DNA of 63,839 nt, the filler included, from Folioceros fuciformis (taxonomy: Eukaryota), in assembly GCA_049999805.1 (NCBI GenBank). It is 10 parts of 10 records of this genome, joined end to end, with 100 filler letters (N's around TTAATTAATTAA, not from the genome) between each part and the next. Parts side by side here need not be neighbours in the genome. Positions count along the whole stretch, not along the records: positions 29,955 to 53,503 come from JBNGIO010001882.1; positions 53,604 to 58,645 come from JBNGIO010001883.1; positions 58,746 to 61,849 come from JBNGIO010001884.1; 7 more parts are not named here. One strand, written 5' to 3'. Within the stretch, counting starts at the first letter, position 1. The number at the start of each line of letters is the position of its first letter. Positions 48,931 through 61,849 of the stretch are shown piece after piece. A program made the translations under genes and the position numbers. Under the pieces are notes generated by a model. The model saw only the letters and a program-made list of their open reading frames with translations, had not been told where the DNA came from and made no database searches.

Positions 48931-49365
48931 TTGGAAGGAGAGGTATGGTTGGCGGTATTCATCCAGGCAACCGCATCTGCCACTTTGGGTGCAGCAGTAG
49001 GAATGTCTTCAAAAACTCAGGGAGCACCAGAGGATCCTCGGTGGCAGAAGGAGCGACAGGAGCTCTTGTGGCAAGACCTTTTCTACGATCCCTGGCAGTG
49101 GTGGAAGGCAGAGCGGATGCCAGAAGGTTGAGTGCCCACCAGGTCTCCTGACTTCAGGGCCGCACAAGACCTAGAATTCGTAGCCGTAATTTCTACACGT
49201 CTAAGAGGGTGGATGAGTAGCTGGCTGGAGGGGTGCCGGAGCTTGCAATTCAGGTTCCCTTGTGCTAAGAGTGAAACCGTGACCACAAAGACACAGCAGA
49301 ATGGAGCGGTGTGCGCGGTGTTGGAGTTCCTGAGCCAGGTTCATAATGACATTTCTGCCATGTGA
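48931..49365 (+). pseudogene. Remnant with an OSB-type PDF motif
   Basis: LWQDLFYDPWQWW....*VPTRSPDFR....W...L resembles the W..F...P..WW....P..PDF[K/R] ssDNA-binding motif. In-frame TGA at 49129. Confidence 0.5.
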
Positions 49366-52167
49366 ACTACACACTATACAGCATGCCCAATCTGATTCAT
49401 CACAACCTGGTTGATTCTGGGCTGCAAGAAACTGGGCCCCCCTTCCCCTGCTCATCCTGTCTTGCCTCGCATTGAGCTTGTTGGCTTCTGGTACGCGCAC
49501 TCGTGAATGGTGCAAACTTCGTGGAATGATGATACCCATGAGCTCAAGCCCTTCCTAAGGATGGCGTTAGTTCACTGACTCTTCTGAACATTGTCACTAT
49601 CGCTGTTCTAGATCTAGCTGCAAGCTAGGTACAGGCCCAAATACCCGGTAGCGCGAGCGTGCAGCGGTTACAGGTACTGTACCCCGGCCAAGTCACCTTC
49701 AATGCGTGGGCAGCACCGTGACCGCCCCAGTGCAACCGAGTGATATTATAGCGTCTGACGCGTTGTCGGTAAGCACTCGAACTCGGAGTGTTGGGAATCC
49801 CAACTCTTGATTGCATCGACTCGTAGGCAGAACTGCTCTTGCATCACCTGGTTGCCGTGTGCGTTGCAGTTATATTTGAGGCAGGCTAGTCACGGGACTT
49901 CCAATCCGCGGAAAGTATTTCAACTCTTCAGGTACGAGCAAGTGTCGCTCGCCGCCGACCTCGCCCAGGATGTGTGCGGACGGCGTGTACCGGATCCTCA
50001 CCACCTCCGACGCCGTCACCAACCCTGTAAACCAACAGCAAACCCCGCTGGCTCTAGCTCCGGCTGTGGAGGCCAATTTGTACCTTGAAGTTGTCCAGAC
50101 GGCTCTGCCCTCTGGTGTGTTCAATTTCTTGCTAACCACCAGGACCCCGACGCAGTGATCATGGTATGGACGCCGCATTGAGACACGGTACCGTCACAAC
50201 TCCTACATTTCAGCAAACGCATGCATTGCTTCCTACCTAGCTGTGTCGCTCGATCGAGAACGTTGAGTCCGCATTTAACCGTGATCCTGGAGCATGCTTA
50301 AGCCCAGGCACAAGCACAGGACCTGTGCTTGTGCCCGTGCTTGCTGTGGACCTCCCACACCTTGCAAGTCAGTAGACACTTTTTCTGGTGACATCTAGAC
50401 TCCTCCGAAAGTGGACAACAACTTCTTTGTCTTCATCACTCACAAACCAAATATAAGGGAACTCCGTCCACAAGCACGTTTCAGTCTGCACTTTGGTATA
50501 CTTACCAACAATGGCCCATGTGCTCAAGCGCCTTGCTAGTGAGAACTTAAAATTGGACTGGAATACTGCATTATGAAACCATTTTTCTTTGTCCTCTTTT
50601 AGTGCGTTCTTCCAACTCAAGGTGTTTATGCAACTCTGAATTTATTTCTTATTGAATGTCATGGTCTTCTATCTAAATACAATTATATACTATTTCCATA
50701 TCATACAAAGTCATAGAAAATTATAAATATGGATCAAGGTATTAAAAATATATTATATAAAAGATATAGTATGTAAGACCCAACATTGGAATCAACCTTG
50801 TAGAATACCAATCCATCCTTCAGTGCAGCTCTTTGTAATTAGTATATATATGCAATCATATTATGAAATCTTTTATGCATCACGTACAGTAAATCTCATT
50901 TATATCTTGGATGTGTTTCATATGACCATTTTAGCCAAAATTGAGTCATTACACTAAATCAAATGATGATGAATTTCTTGAAAGATGATAGAAAATAGAC
51001 TAGTATCCTCTTACCTTAAACTCTAGCAAATGATTCCAAGTTTTAAGAAAGTACCTTGTACTCTCTACATAAAATTGCCCTCTAAGAAATAACTTCTACA
51101 AGTTTTATTATTAACATGAGTTAACATTAAATATCTACATATATATATATATGAGTCATAAAGTGCCTATCACCATAACTCTTTAACTAATAAAACACCC
51201 AAAGTTTTCTTATGTAAGTTACAATTCAAGAAAACAGTTAGGGTTTTCTCCAAATACTTGGTAGCCACGGTTTGTGTCATTATCCTATCCCGATTTGTGT
51301 GCAACTCAATACATAATTTAAACAAACATCCTAAATTATCTCAGTATTTCTTGGTAAAGATAGTGAGTTTATACTAAAATTCAACAAAGAAGAAGAAGAG
51401 AAAGGAATGGAGAGGAGGAGAGGAGAGGTATGTGAATTGACAAGGAAATAAAGATGTGGGTTGTTGTGAAACTGATGTGATGGGTGTAGAAGAGTAAAGA
51501 TTGCTAGTGTAAGAAGTTAGTTGTTGGGGAGTGATAGGTGACATGAAGTTAATGTGAAGAAGTCAAGAAGTGGAATCTTCATGAAACTTATTATAGGCAA
51601 TGTCATTCTAGCAATCAAAAGGATCCCAAACTAGCATTGTGTTAGAGAAAAGAACTAGGAAACGAAGACAATCAAGAGATAATGAGGCGGCAATTCATAT
51701 TCTGTCCATCTTGAGCTTACAGGGAGGCTTGAACAATGTTTTTCATTATATGTTATATAATTTTGGTTAAACTCAGAAGTGTAACCAAAATTTCAGAAGA
51801 GATGATTGAATTCCAAGATAGTAGTGTTTGTGCATGGTTTACGAAGCTTCTTACCCTAATCTTCTATCTTTGTGGGAAACAAACTTATAGGTGGGAAGTT
51901 GAAAGATTGGAGAAGTCATTGACAAGAAACAAGTGTATCATATTGCGAATGAGTGCATGTCTTTATGCATTTATATGTAAAGAAGAGGAGATGGAAAATT
52001 TCACAACTTTCAAGGTTGATGACAAACACAGTGATCAGGGAATGGAATGACTCATTCTCACACATTTTGTGATTGTTAAGGAGTTTCTTTCACCAAGAAG
52101 ACCATATTTTAATAGTAATTCTTCATCTCTTTAACTTTAAGTGGGAGTTTAGAAAAAGTTTGGTTGG

Positions 52168-53251
52168 ATGTCGGATGTCCTAAACACACAGGCAAAGCTT
52201 ACTATGAGTCTCGACGATCTTACTTCTCGAGGGTCCAATCGTCGAATGCAAAGTGGTGTAGTAAGTAAACGGGGTTCTAGGCGAAGTGCACCCTACAAAA
52301 TTTTTTCCAGAGAGAAGCTAGGTGGTGGCTTCAATAGATCATCCAGGTATTCATCCACTACACGTTGCAAAAACAAAAAACACTGTGAGTATTATGCTTT
52401 CAACTCGAATCAATGAAACATAACCACCATTGTTCTTCTCTCCTTCTTGATTCAAGTTCAGGTTTCCCAACTCTCCTTGTGTACAATGTTCATTTGTTGG
52501 TACATTACTGGAATAACTCACTTCTCATGTCTTGTAGACCTCTTTTAGAATTATGCAACAATTGTCGGCGAACAGGACACTTTGCAAGAGACTGCCCTAA
52601 TGCTGCAGTATGCAATAACTGTGGTGTCTCAGGGTACGATCTCATTAATTCTATCTTTATTCTTTAATTCTAACTCAATAGTAATACAATCTACTGATAC
52701 ATGCTAAATTGTGCATTTGCATCTACTCTGGCAGACACATTGCAGCAGTGTGCCCAACAGAGCCTCTATGTAGAAACTGCAAAAAGCCAGGGCACATTGC
52801 AAGCGAATGCCATAATGAACCAGTGTGCAATATGTGTGGAAAGTCAGGCCATATTGCAAAAGGCTGTGCATCCCAAGAAATGGGCTTACCCAAATCCAGG
52901 CTTTGTAACAACTGTTATCGACCAGGCCATGTATCAATGGATTGCCCCAATGAGAAAGCATGCAACAATTGCCGTCAACCAGGACATTTGGCGCGTGATT
53001 GTACAAACGATCCAGTTTGTAATGGATGTAGTCAGACCGGACATATTGCTAGAGACTGCCCAAATATTAATGCACCAAGAGGACCTATTGTATCAGGATT
53101 TGCTGACATAGTTTGTCGAAACTGCAAACTTCCTGGACACAAAAGTAAGGATTGCTTGCAAGTTGTTATATGCAACAATTGTGGAGGTCGAGGCCATATA
53201 GCAGTAGATTGTCCCTCAGACCCTTTATTAGCTCGAGGAATGCGACGTTGA
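52168..53251 (+). CDS. GIS2/CNBP-like protein with nine CCHC zinc knuckles; exons 52168-52346, 52538-52633, 52735-53251
   Basis: Nine Cx2Cx4Hx4C motifs appear after splicing, and the phases are consistent across two GT-AG introns. Confidence 0.9.
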
Positions 53252-53603
53252 TATTTTGTCCCATCTTAAATGACATACATACTTTTGTTTTCATCTACAT
53301 TTCAAAAAGTTTTATCATATGACAAATATAATTAAAAAAAATCACTGTGACTAGTTCCAAAGTTTATAAAGCTTATAAAGAGAACTCTCAATGTGTTGAA
53401 TGCATTGATGTTTTATGGGAAGAGAATTAAATAAATAGAGTATAATTTTTAGAAAATAAAATTTATATATACATCTATCTTCATATTCATATTGAATTTC
53501 TAANNNNNNNNNNNNNNNNNNNNNNNNNNNNNNNNNNNNNNNNNNNNTTAATTAATTAANNNNNNNNNNNNNNNNNNNNNNNNNNNNNNNNNNNNNNNNN
53601 NNN

Positions 53604-55795
53604 AGGTTTCCGTTGATGAGTTCATGCAGCTTTCTGGCCGATGGATGTCCTAGTCGTTTGTGCTAGAGTTCTGTAAGAGACTCGTCTTGTTGAGACACAC
53701 ATACAGCGTTCCGATCGGCCCTGATTGATCGGGCATCCAACATAATCAGTCCATGATCTAGGGTGCCTGACATCAGCGGTGAGCCTGGTTGTGTCTTCAA
53801 ACTCACTGTGGTAATATCATCCTCAAGTACAATTCTGTACAGCTTCAATTTCATTAAGCTGAGTGTAGACATGAGGTTTTTGGTCAATGTTGGTACATAC
53901 ATAACTAGGTACAATTGTATAGTCGCCCTAGTTATAAGCTTTAGCGTAACCTTGCCTTGTCCTAGGATTGGACAAAGACGATCATCGCCCAGAGCTACTT
54001 GTCGCGGAGGATCAAAGGGTTCAAGGTCTCCAATTACTGTTATATCGAAGTAGAAGTGATTCGACGCTCCAGAATCGAGATACCAAACTGAACCGTCCAA
54101 CTCCGCTGACAAGGTGCATGTAGCGATGAAGCAACCTGCTGATGACGTCTGTTGATTTTGAGTGGACTTATTTGTGGATATACCACGTTTTTTATCGTCA
54201 AATTTCTTCTTACGACATTCTTTCCAAAAGTGCCCCGGCTTTTTGCAGTATGACCACTTGAATCCTTGTTTGTTGAAATTTGGATTACTTGAACCAGACT
54301 ACTGGTTTTCCCTGTTCTGCTGCCAAGGTTTCCTACCCTTTTGAAACCGGCCTCTCGTAAACAAGGCACCTCCTCCCTCAGAGGTATTATTTACTCCAGT
54401 TAACTTCTTTGTATTCTCATGTTGATACATGGCTGAGATAACCATCGTTACCGTTAGATTTGCTCTGCCTTGTTGTGAGGTCATGAACACAGACCAAGAG
54501 GCTGGTAGGGAGGAAAGTAATATAACAGCAGCGTGTTCCTCAGTTACATTTGTCCCCAAGGTGGCTAGCTTGGAGCGATTCACCCTGAACTGAGTCACAT
54601 GCTTCTCGACCATATCTGCATCTGTCATTTTGAGCTGGTAAAAGTTTTGAGTTGCCATTACCAGCGATACAGTGTCTTTTGATGCATAGCTGTCCTGGAT
54701 TTGATCCCAGGCCTCCTTCGCCGTGGTTGTACTGAGCATGTGATGCATGGTTTCAGATGACAGGGCTTGCATGAGAATTGTTCTAGCTTTTCGTTCATCC
54801 TTATCCCAGGCCGTAATGTTCTGGGTTTCAGCTGTTGTGGGACGTGCAGGATCTGTGGGGACTGGTCTGGCCGTTTGACCTGTGACATGTCCCCAAATCT
54901 CTTTACCTTCTAATATAGATTTGAGCCTTGCAGCCCAAATTTCGAAGTCTTTCCCTGAGAACCTGTCCTTTTCTTTAAAATTGAAGGTTGTGTAGTTGTT
55001 ATTGACCGTCGCCATTCCTCTTCTCCTTGGTATTCTAATATAGGTATGATATAATGTGATATATATATGTGGACGTGCTCATGCGCGTCTACAATCTCAG
55101 ACTTATGTCAGGATCGGCTGAGGTAGGTGCACGCGTCTCCGACTCTAGCTTGTGATCTGATTTCGAACAGGCTCGTGTGCGGGATTCTGACGGCTTTGAT
55201 AGCTGTGATAACAGAGTGTTAATCTGTCCCAGAGATTTGCAGAAGGTGTTTCTTACGGCGTCCACAGCATCAACTAAGTCCTCGAGTTGAAGACAGAGGG
55301 TTCCGTGATGCCTGCCTTCATGAATTGCCTTGGACCTAGTCAGGTATGTCAATTCTAGCAACCGATCCACCTTGACCTCGAGCTCTTGGATTGCCTGTTG
55401 ATCTAGAGAGCCCTTGCATGACTAGAAGGACAACGCGCTCTGTATTCAGAAAGCGCCTGTGCTGCTGCTGCCGGCTCTGGGTACGGTTGAACTCTTCAGC
55501 CCGTGTGAGCCAATCAAGATCGTAAGTTCTTGGAGTTCTTCGTGATCCGTGACTTCGAGTCCAGCTAAATGTGTCGTGTGACATAATTGCGTAGCAGCAC
55601 TTATAGATGCAAGAGGTTGTCGGCGATGATAGGTATGCTAGATTCACAACATGGCCCAGATTGCCTGTTGAGGCTCTAATACCATGAGCGACAGCGCTTT
55701 CACGCGAACACACACTTCTATTGATAGAATGAATCCATTACATAGGAAGGCGGTCTGCCGTTGGATAACTAACTCGCTAAATAAATTGTTTCACA
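53604..55795 (-). mobile_element. Ty1/copia 5' half: short LTR (about 55685-55795), PBS 55673-55684, gag from 55015, knuckle, protease
   Basis: The minus strand reads ...TCA-TGGTATTAGAGCC. Gag motifs FSGKDFEIW and ILLSSLPASW, protease WYLDSGASNH, then HKRLGH. There are stops and frameshifts. Confidence 0.92.
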
Positions 55796-56549
55796 TTTCT
55801 AACAGCTAAGAAATACATAAAGCATCAACTGCTTTCACACTCCTGTCCGATGTCTCCACAACGGCCTTCGCACACCTTGGGCGTGTTCGGGCTAGTTTTG
55901 TAAGCAGCCTTTCATACAAGTTGGATAACATCACAATAAAAGACTTGTAAAAATAAGAATTGACCTACTATGCCATTAGTCGATGCAGGGTACATAATAA
56001 TGTCACAAAACATAGGCCGACTTGGCCATTGAAAAACATAGGCTGACTTGACATTGAAAAACACCCCGCTATGGCTTCCATGTAGGAGCCAGGGTGTGGG
56101 TTATTTAGCCCTTGTGAATCAGGTATAAATCGACCCTCCAATCACATGAGGCGTGCCAAGATTTATACTGAGCTTGTGAAACGGGCCTAATGAGAGGAGG
56201 GTGAGGAAGGATCTGGAGATAGCATGTAGCAAGCTTGAAGAGGAAGAGGACTATCAGGCTGACAAGGACAAGAGAGGCAAAAGGGACCCACAGGATGGAG
56301 AGGGGTGAACCATCCTCAAGTGGAGCAGCATTGACAAGGACAGATTGATCCACTGACCAGGAGACTATTTGAGCTGGAGGTGAAGGCAGCAGCATTGATG
56401 GGGCAAATTGATGCGTTGACTGGAGACTATCCGAGCTTGAGGTGAAGGCAGTACGTAACTAGGAGCCAATGAGATCACCTTCACCTGGCGGACAATTTGT
56501 TTACTATTCCACCCGCAACTAGTCAGGACATAACCATAGGGAGTGAACT

Positions 56550-57300
56550 AGGGCTCCTCGTCACTTTGTCAATCAGGTGGAAGCCTACCTACCAGTAGAC
56601 TATTGATATGTCTCCTCGTCACTCTATTAATCAGATGGAAGCCTACCTACCATGAGTCTATTAGTACTTGGATGACTCTTACCAAGTATAGGCCGTCACT
56701 GTCCTTAGTCTTTTAATAATAAAGAGTTGTTATAACCTACACATAGGATTAATAAACATTACACATAAAGACATCTATATATGCTACTTACAATATATCA
56801 TTCTAGTTCATAATAATTGGAATTATTGAATCAAGCCCTAATAATTCAACTTAATGAAATGGTATGACTTTTAAGCTAGGGCTAGACCTTTCTACTAACG
56901 GGTGTACCCCTTCACAAGGTACCCCTTATATATATATATATTTAATAATAGCCAACCCTAGTTGATTGGCAACACCTAAATTACTTATATTTCAACACTC
57001 CCACTTGTTGCCATATCTACTAGCATGTGTGTTCCTTGTGACGGCGCTTCATCTCCAACAATTGATCGCTCACGGACTGTCAGCTGTATGCTAGAGTTGT
57101 TGTTATGCCCCATGGAGAACTTGATGGAATCTCGAATGCTGCTAGAGGCCTGGTTAGCTAACCTACTAATGCTTCTTTATTTATTTGCACGTTGTGCCAA
57201 GAGTGGTTGTTGGCTTGCATACACACTAAGCATGGAGCTAGGCACTCATACTGATGCTCGTCCTAGGCAAAGGCGACTCTCGCAACGGGATGGATGCGGG
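56550..57300 (-). mobile_element. 3' end of another degenerate LTR element (PPT + LTR start)
   Basis: The minus strand reads CAAGTGGGAG-TGTTGA at 57007-56992, with a degenerate LTRPL upstream. The left LTR boundary is not determined. Confidence 0.5.
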
Positions 57301-58099
57301 AGGTTCGCGGCTAGGACAATTGCCAAGAGTACATCAACAAATAGCAGAGTTGTACGAAGGAAAAGTGAGCAAGAGAAGAAACCTTGCGGGCACCGTATAG
57401 GAATAACGAAGGTAGCACTAGCGGCGCATCAAGCTATGGAAAGAGCTGTGAAAGAAACACGACAAATGGCTGGTCTGTCTAAGCAACCTACTACCAAGAA
57501 TACAGCAGCATGCGTGACCCACTGCCTGTCTCCTGTAGGACCGGAGTACAAGTACCCTTCACCAGCAAATGTTCCATCTGTTCCTGTCTTTTTCCCTCGT
57601 GGTTTGTTGTGGAAAGAGACCAGGATATTTTCACTGGGAATTGTCTCCAATCTAAGCACACTCCTCTGGCTTAAGTGTAGGATCACAGGATTGAAGATTA
57701 TTCGTGTAAGAGTCAGAAACAATCATAAGATTGAGAATCACGTAATCAGCTTCTACTGTGAGTTCCTCGCTGTTTACTGTTTGCACTCTTGATTTTGTGT
57801 AGGGTTTTGGCCGCAATAGGGTTTTCGCCCACATTATGACTTCTATACTTGGTCCGGGTTGATATCTAACTTTGCTTGCATCCTAAGGAAGATTGCTCCT
57901 CTGTATGTGCTTGCATCGCTGTTTGTACATAATCCATCATTTGAATGTCTCTGTTGCTGCTTCTCTAGCATAGCTATTCCTATTTCATATTTCTAAGCTA
58001 GCTCCCACTAATTTTACAAGGTCTGAACAAAGGATTGACAAAGAAATGCGTTTGGAGAAAGAAGACAAACTCTCATTCGACCCCACTACCTCATAATCA

Positions 58100-58570
58100 C
58101 ATTCTAAAAAGAGGATCTAGACCCCAATGGCAAGGAATACAAGGAAGAAATTTCTGAAGGATCACCTCGTGAGCCATGTGACCATGATCTCTGGTCTGTC
58201 TAAGATTCTATAGATGAGAGTTTTTAGTGGGGGAGCTAGCATACTCCCTTAGACCTAGAGCTTTTGTAGGGTTATTAAAGCCCAATATGCTTAGACTAAT
58301 GTGTTTAATCTAAGATTAGTGTCTAGTTAAGTATCATTTGTTTAGATTAGCTTAAGCTAATCTGTGAGAAGCTTCTTGCGCAGCTTCCTGTGAGCTTCTT
58401 GTGAAGCTTCCTTGGGAGCTCTTTTAGAGGATATAAATACCCCCTTGAGCTCCCTTGCAATATTGAGACAGAGTGTGAGACCTCTCTTTCTCCTCCTTGC
58501 TTCCTCCTCTCCTCCTTCACCATGTGGCTCCCCTAGCGATCCTTCAACTGGTATCAGAGCTCTGATACCA
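58100..58570 (+). mobile_element. LTR 3' part with TATA-like box and PBS
   Basis: TATAAATACCCC at about 58432, a pyrimidine-rich tract, ..CCTTCA end at 58546, then TGGTATCAGAGC at 58549. Confidence 0.7.
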
Positions 58571-58858
58571 GGGTGCCAGGCGCGGGGCGCCAAACATGGC
58601 TACCGCGGGAGCGCCAGGCCCCCGGCCACCCTGGGGGCGCCAGACNNNNNNNNNNNNNNNNNNNNNNNNNNNNNNNNNNNNNNNNNNNNTTAATTAATTA
58701 ANNNNNNNNNNNNNNNNNNNNNNNNNNNNNNNNNNNNNNNNNNNNGTCTAGGTGCGGTGCACAGTTCATCTATTGAAGCCCAGCAGCTGGCAGCTGGCAG
58801 CTGGCAGCTGTCGTTCTCCGTCGTCGGGCAACGGGGCCGCATTACGCAGTGGTCAAGA

Positions 58859-60110
58859 ATGCAGTTGCGGGTGGTGTCGCGCAGCGGCAAGGAGGTGGTG
58901 AAGGGGGGCCTCGAAGTGGACGAAGATGTAAGTCCAGCGCGGGTTGTTGCAGCAGCTGAATTTGCGTCTTGTGTTACAAATCTGCGTCCTGTGTTTGCGT
59001 GCTTTGTTTCTTTCCTGGTGTGGAAGCAGCTTTGCAATTTGGTGGTTGGCTGGGTTGTGCAGGCCACAGTTGATGACCTCAAGAAGGTGATCCATCAGCG
59101 CAGTGAGTACCTCATGAGGCGGCCATTGTCTGAACCTGCGTGTCTGTTCTTGCCATGTGAATGCTTTTCGTGATTGTGTTTTCCCTGTGCATGCAGCGAA
59201 GAAGTTCTATCCAGCTCGCCAGCGGCTCACGCTGCCGCTTGCTGCCAACCAGACCCGACCCACGGTTTTGGAAGGCAGCAAGACGCTGGGAGAGTTCTTC
59301 ACTGGTAAGGGGGACAACACTGTGGTCTTCAAGGATCTAGGTCCACAGGTTGCGTACCAGACTCTCTTTGTTCTGGAGTACTTGGGCCCGTTGCTTCTCT
59401 ACCCCATCTTCTACTACTTCCCCAAGATATATTCCCTTGTGGGTGCCCCATCCGAAAGGAAGACACAGCCTGTCCAAACCTATGCCCTCATTGCCTGGAC
59501 CGTGCATTATGCGAAGCGGATCTTGGAGACGCTGTTCGTGCATAGGTTCTCACATGCCACCGCTTCTGTCACCAATGTGGTCCGCAACGTCACCTATTAT
59601 TCAGGCTTCGGAGCTTTTATTGCTTACTTCCTGAACCATCCATCCTACCTTTCAGTTCCGGAGAAACAAGTGTATATCGGCTTTGGTATCAGCATTATTG
59701 CTCAGCTGGCGAACTTCTACACCCATCTGATCCTCAGGAACCTGAGATCCAAGGATGGGAAGGGCGGGTACCAAATTCCGTCAGGGTTTTTGTTCAATTA
59801 CATCACCTGTGCTAACTACTTCACGGAGATAGTACAGTGGCTGGGATTCAACATTGCAACGCAGACTATAGCGGGCTATCTTTTCCTCGCAGCTGCAAGC
59901 TACATCATGACTGTATGGGCCATTCAGAAGCACAAGCGGCTCAGAAAGGTAACTCCCCTACACTCGGTGTCCCGGTTTGGGCAGCAGGCTGGCAGTATGG
60001 GTTTTAATCAGCGGAAACTTGTGTTGCGTCTGTGTTTGCAGATTTTTGATGGAAAGGATGGGCGGCCAAAGTATCCCAGACGATGGGTTATCTTTCCCCC
60101 TCTTGTTTGA
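58859..60110 (+). CDS. ECR: Very-long-chain trans-2,3-enoyl-CoA reductase; exons 58859-58927, 59063-59102, 59197-59948, 60042-60110
   Basis: Motifs: [82 protein letters not shown] (CER10/TECR family). Confidence 0.95.
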
Positions 60111-61376
60111 GCATTTCTCTTGTCCACATCGCGTAGTAAAGATGAGGATGTGAATGCTTCTGAAGGAGGCTCTTGTAAAACTGTTGAAGCCCCAAGCCAC
60201 ACGTCGTGACTAAACCGCTCCGGAACATGTTTCGTACCAACGTGCCTGCTTTATCATCTCTGCGTAAGCTGAGGTGAACTCGGGTGTGTGTCGGACTCCT
60301 TGAAGATCTAGAGTTTACACTGTAGGTAGCAAGGCCTGCAGATCAACTCCACTGATAGACTAGATCTAAACTGCAGATCTAGACTCCTAGAACCTAGTTA
60401 GGCCGCAAGTTTCCAGCAGTAGGTAGCAAGTTTCGTGGGCTGCCATACCGAGGAGTTGGAGCCCGTGGCAGGGCCCTTTAGGATGAGCGTTCGATTTTAG
60501 TCTGTGAATCCGCGTACAACTGCTAGACCAGTCATTGTAGGCATGTGGTCTATCTCCAATGTGAAATCTCAGTTTAGTGGCGGACCAAACAAAGCTCAGT
60601 TTTGTCGGTAGATGAACACTGGATATCGAGCATCCTATTTCAAAACCCCAAACCCTGAAAACCAAAGTAACATTCACAACTCTTCTAACTTAAATTTTCA
60701 CCTAAAATACTGAGTAGTACATATCAAAACTAATATTATAAAATATTTTCAGGGTTTAGGGTTGAACCCATATACAGACCCCAAACTCTAAAATTATATA
60801 TAATATTAAACCCCAAATATATTAGGGTGTAGTCATCTTTATTATTTCAATTATATCTAAATATTTATAGTAAGACTTATTTAATCCTATTTATTTATTT
60901 CAGATCTCTAATTATAATTTCAAGTTGTTTATGAATAGGAACTCTAAATAAAAACATGATGGCTATGAGAACTCCATAATAACTTCATCCACTAATTCAA
61001 TATTATTATATTAATATTTTTATTACATAATTATTTTTATTTTATATATATTTTACCATTATTTTCAGAAGCAGATTGTGTTGATAGTAATTCAATTATG
61101 TGCATTAGGTTTAACCTCATATTTGTGGAAGTATATTTTTTTATTAAAATTATGTCATCAAAATATTTTCTAAATCATAATACTTTGATGCTCTACATGT
61201 CATTTGTTGGCATCCCTTCACATTTGAAGGTTCAAAAATATTGGCAACTAAAAAGTACTCTTTTATATGGAAGAAAATTCGTGAATGAATAGCATGACTT
61301 TCTCACATTTCTTGATAATCTTTTACCAAGAATTGCAAAAAAAAAACTAAATGCTAGTACTTAGCTCTAGAAAACT

Positions 61377-61849
61377 ATGACAAGAACATACTACACAAAT
61401 CAATTGAACTCACAGCACATTGCCAAAATTTTCAAAGTAATTACAAAAAAGAATTTCTTCTCTACTTCATTACAAGTTACAAACTTTTCTAAAGTTTGCC
61501 TTAAACCAGAATGTAATATTACATCTCAGACAAACTGTAAATTTCAACAAATATATTCACTACACACAAATCATAATCCTAAATATAAAGCTCGAAAATT
61601 TCTTGTGTCCCCTGTTAATTGGGAGCCTATTAAACGAGAAAATGTGGTACCTCCAAAGACTAGCCAAATCCAAAATTTTCTCTTTCACGATTGGAAATCA
61701 AAATACCTAGAGTCTCAAGTCACAATATGGTGGGACTTTGAAAATTGTGGTGTACCTAATGGTGTTGAAGTAAATAAAGTTAGTACCAATATTGTGAATG
61801 GATTAAGGACTTTTGGATTTAAAGGTCCTGTATGTATTAATGGTTATGG
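61377..61849 (+). CDS. NYN-domain (LabA/DUF88, MARF1/MNU-like) nuclease, 5' part, truncated by spacer
   Basis: VTIWWDFENCGVP...NI...LR..G.KGP..I.GYG is the start of a plant NYN domain. The N-terminal extension could be an organellar targeting peptide. Confidence 0.85.

Noticed and set aside
57025-57792. 255-aa plus-strand ORF
   Set aside because: It has no recognisable motif and lies antisense within degenerate LTR-element sequence.
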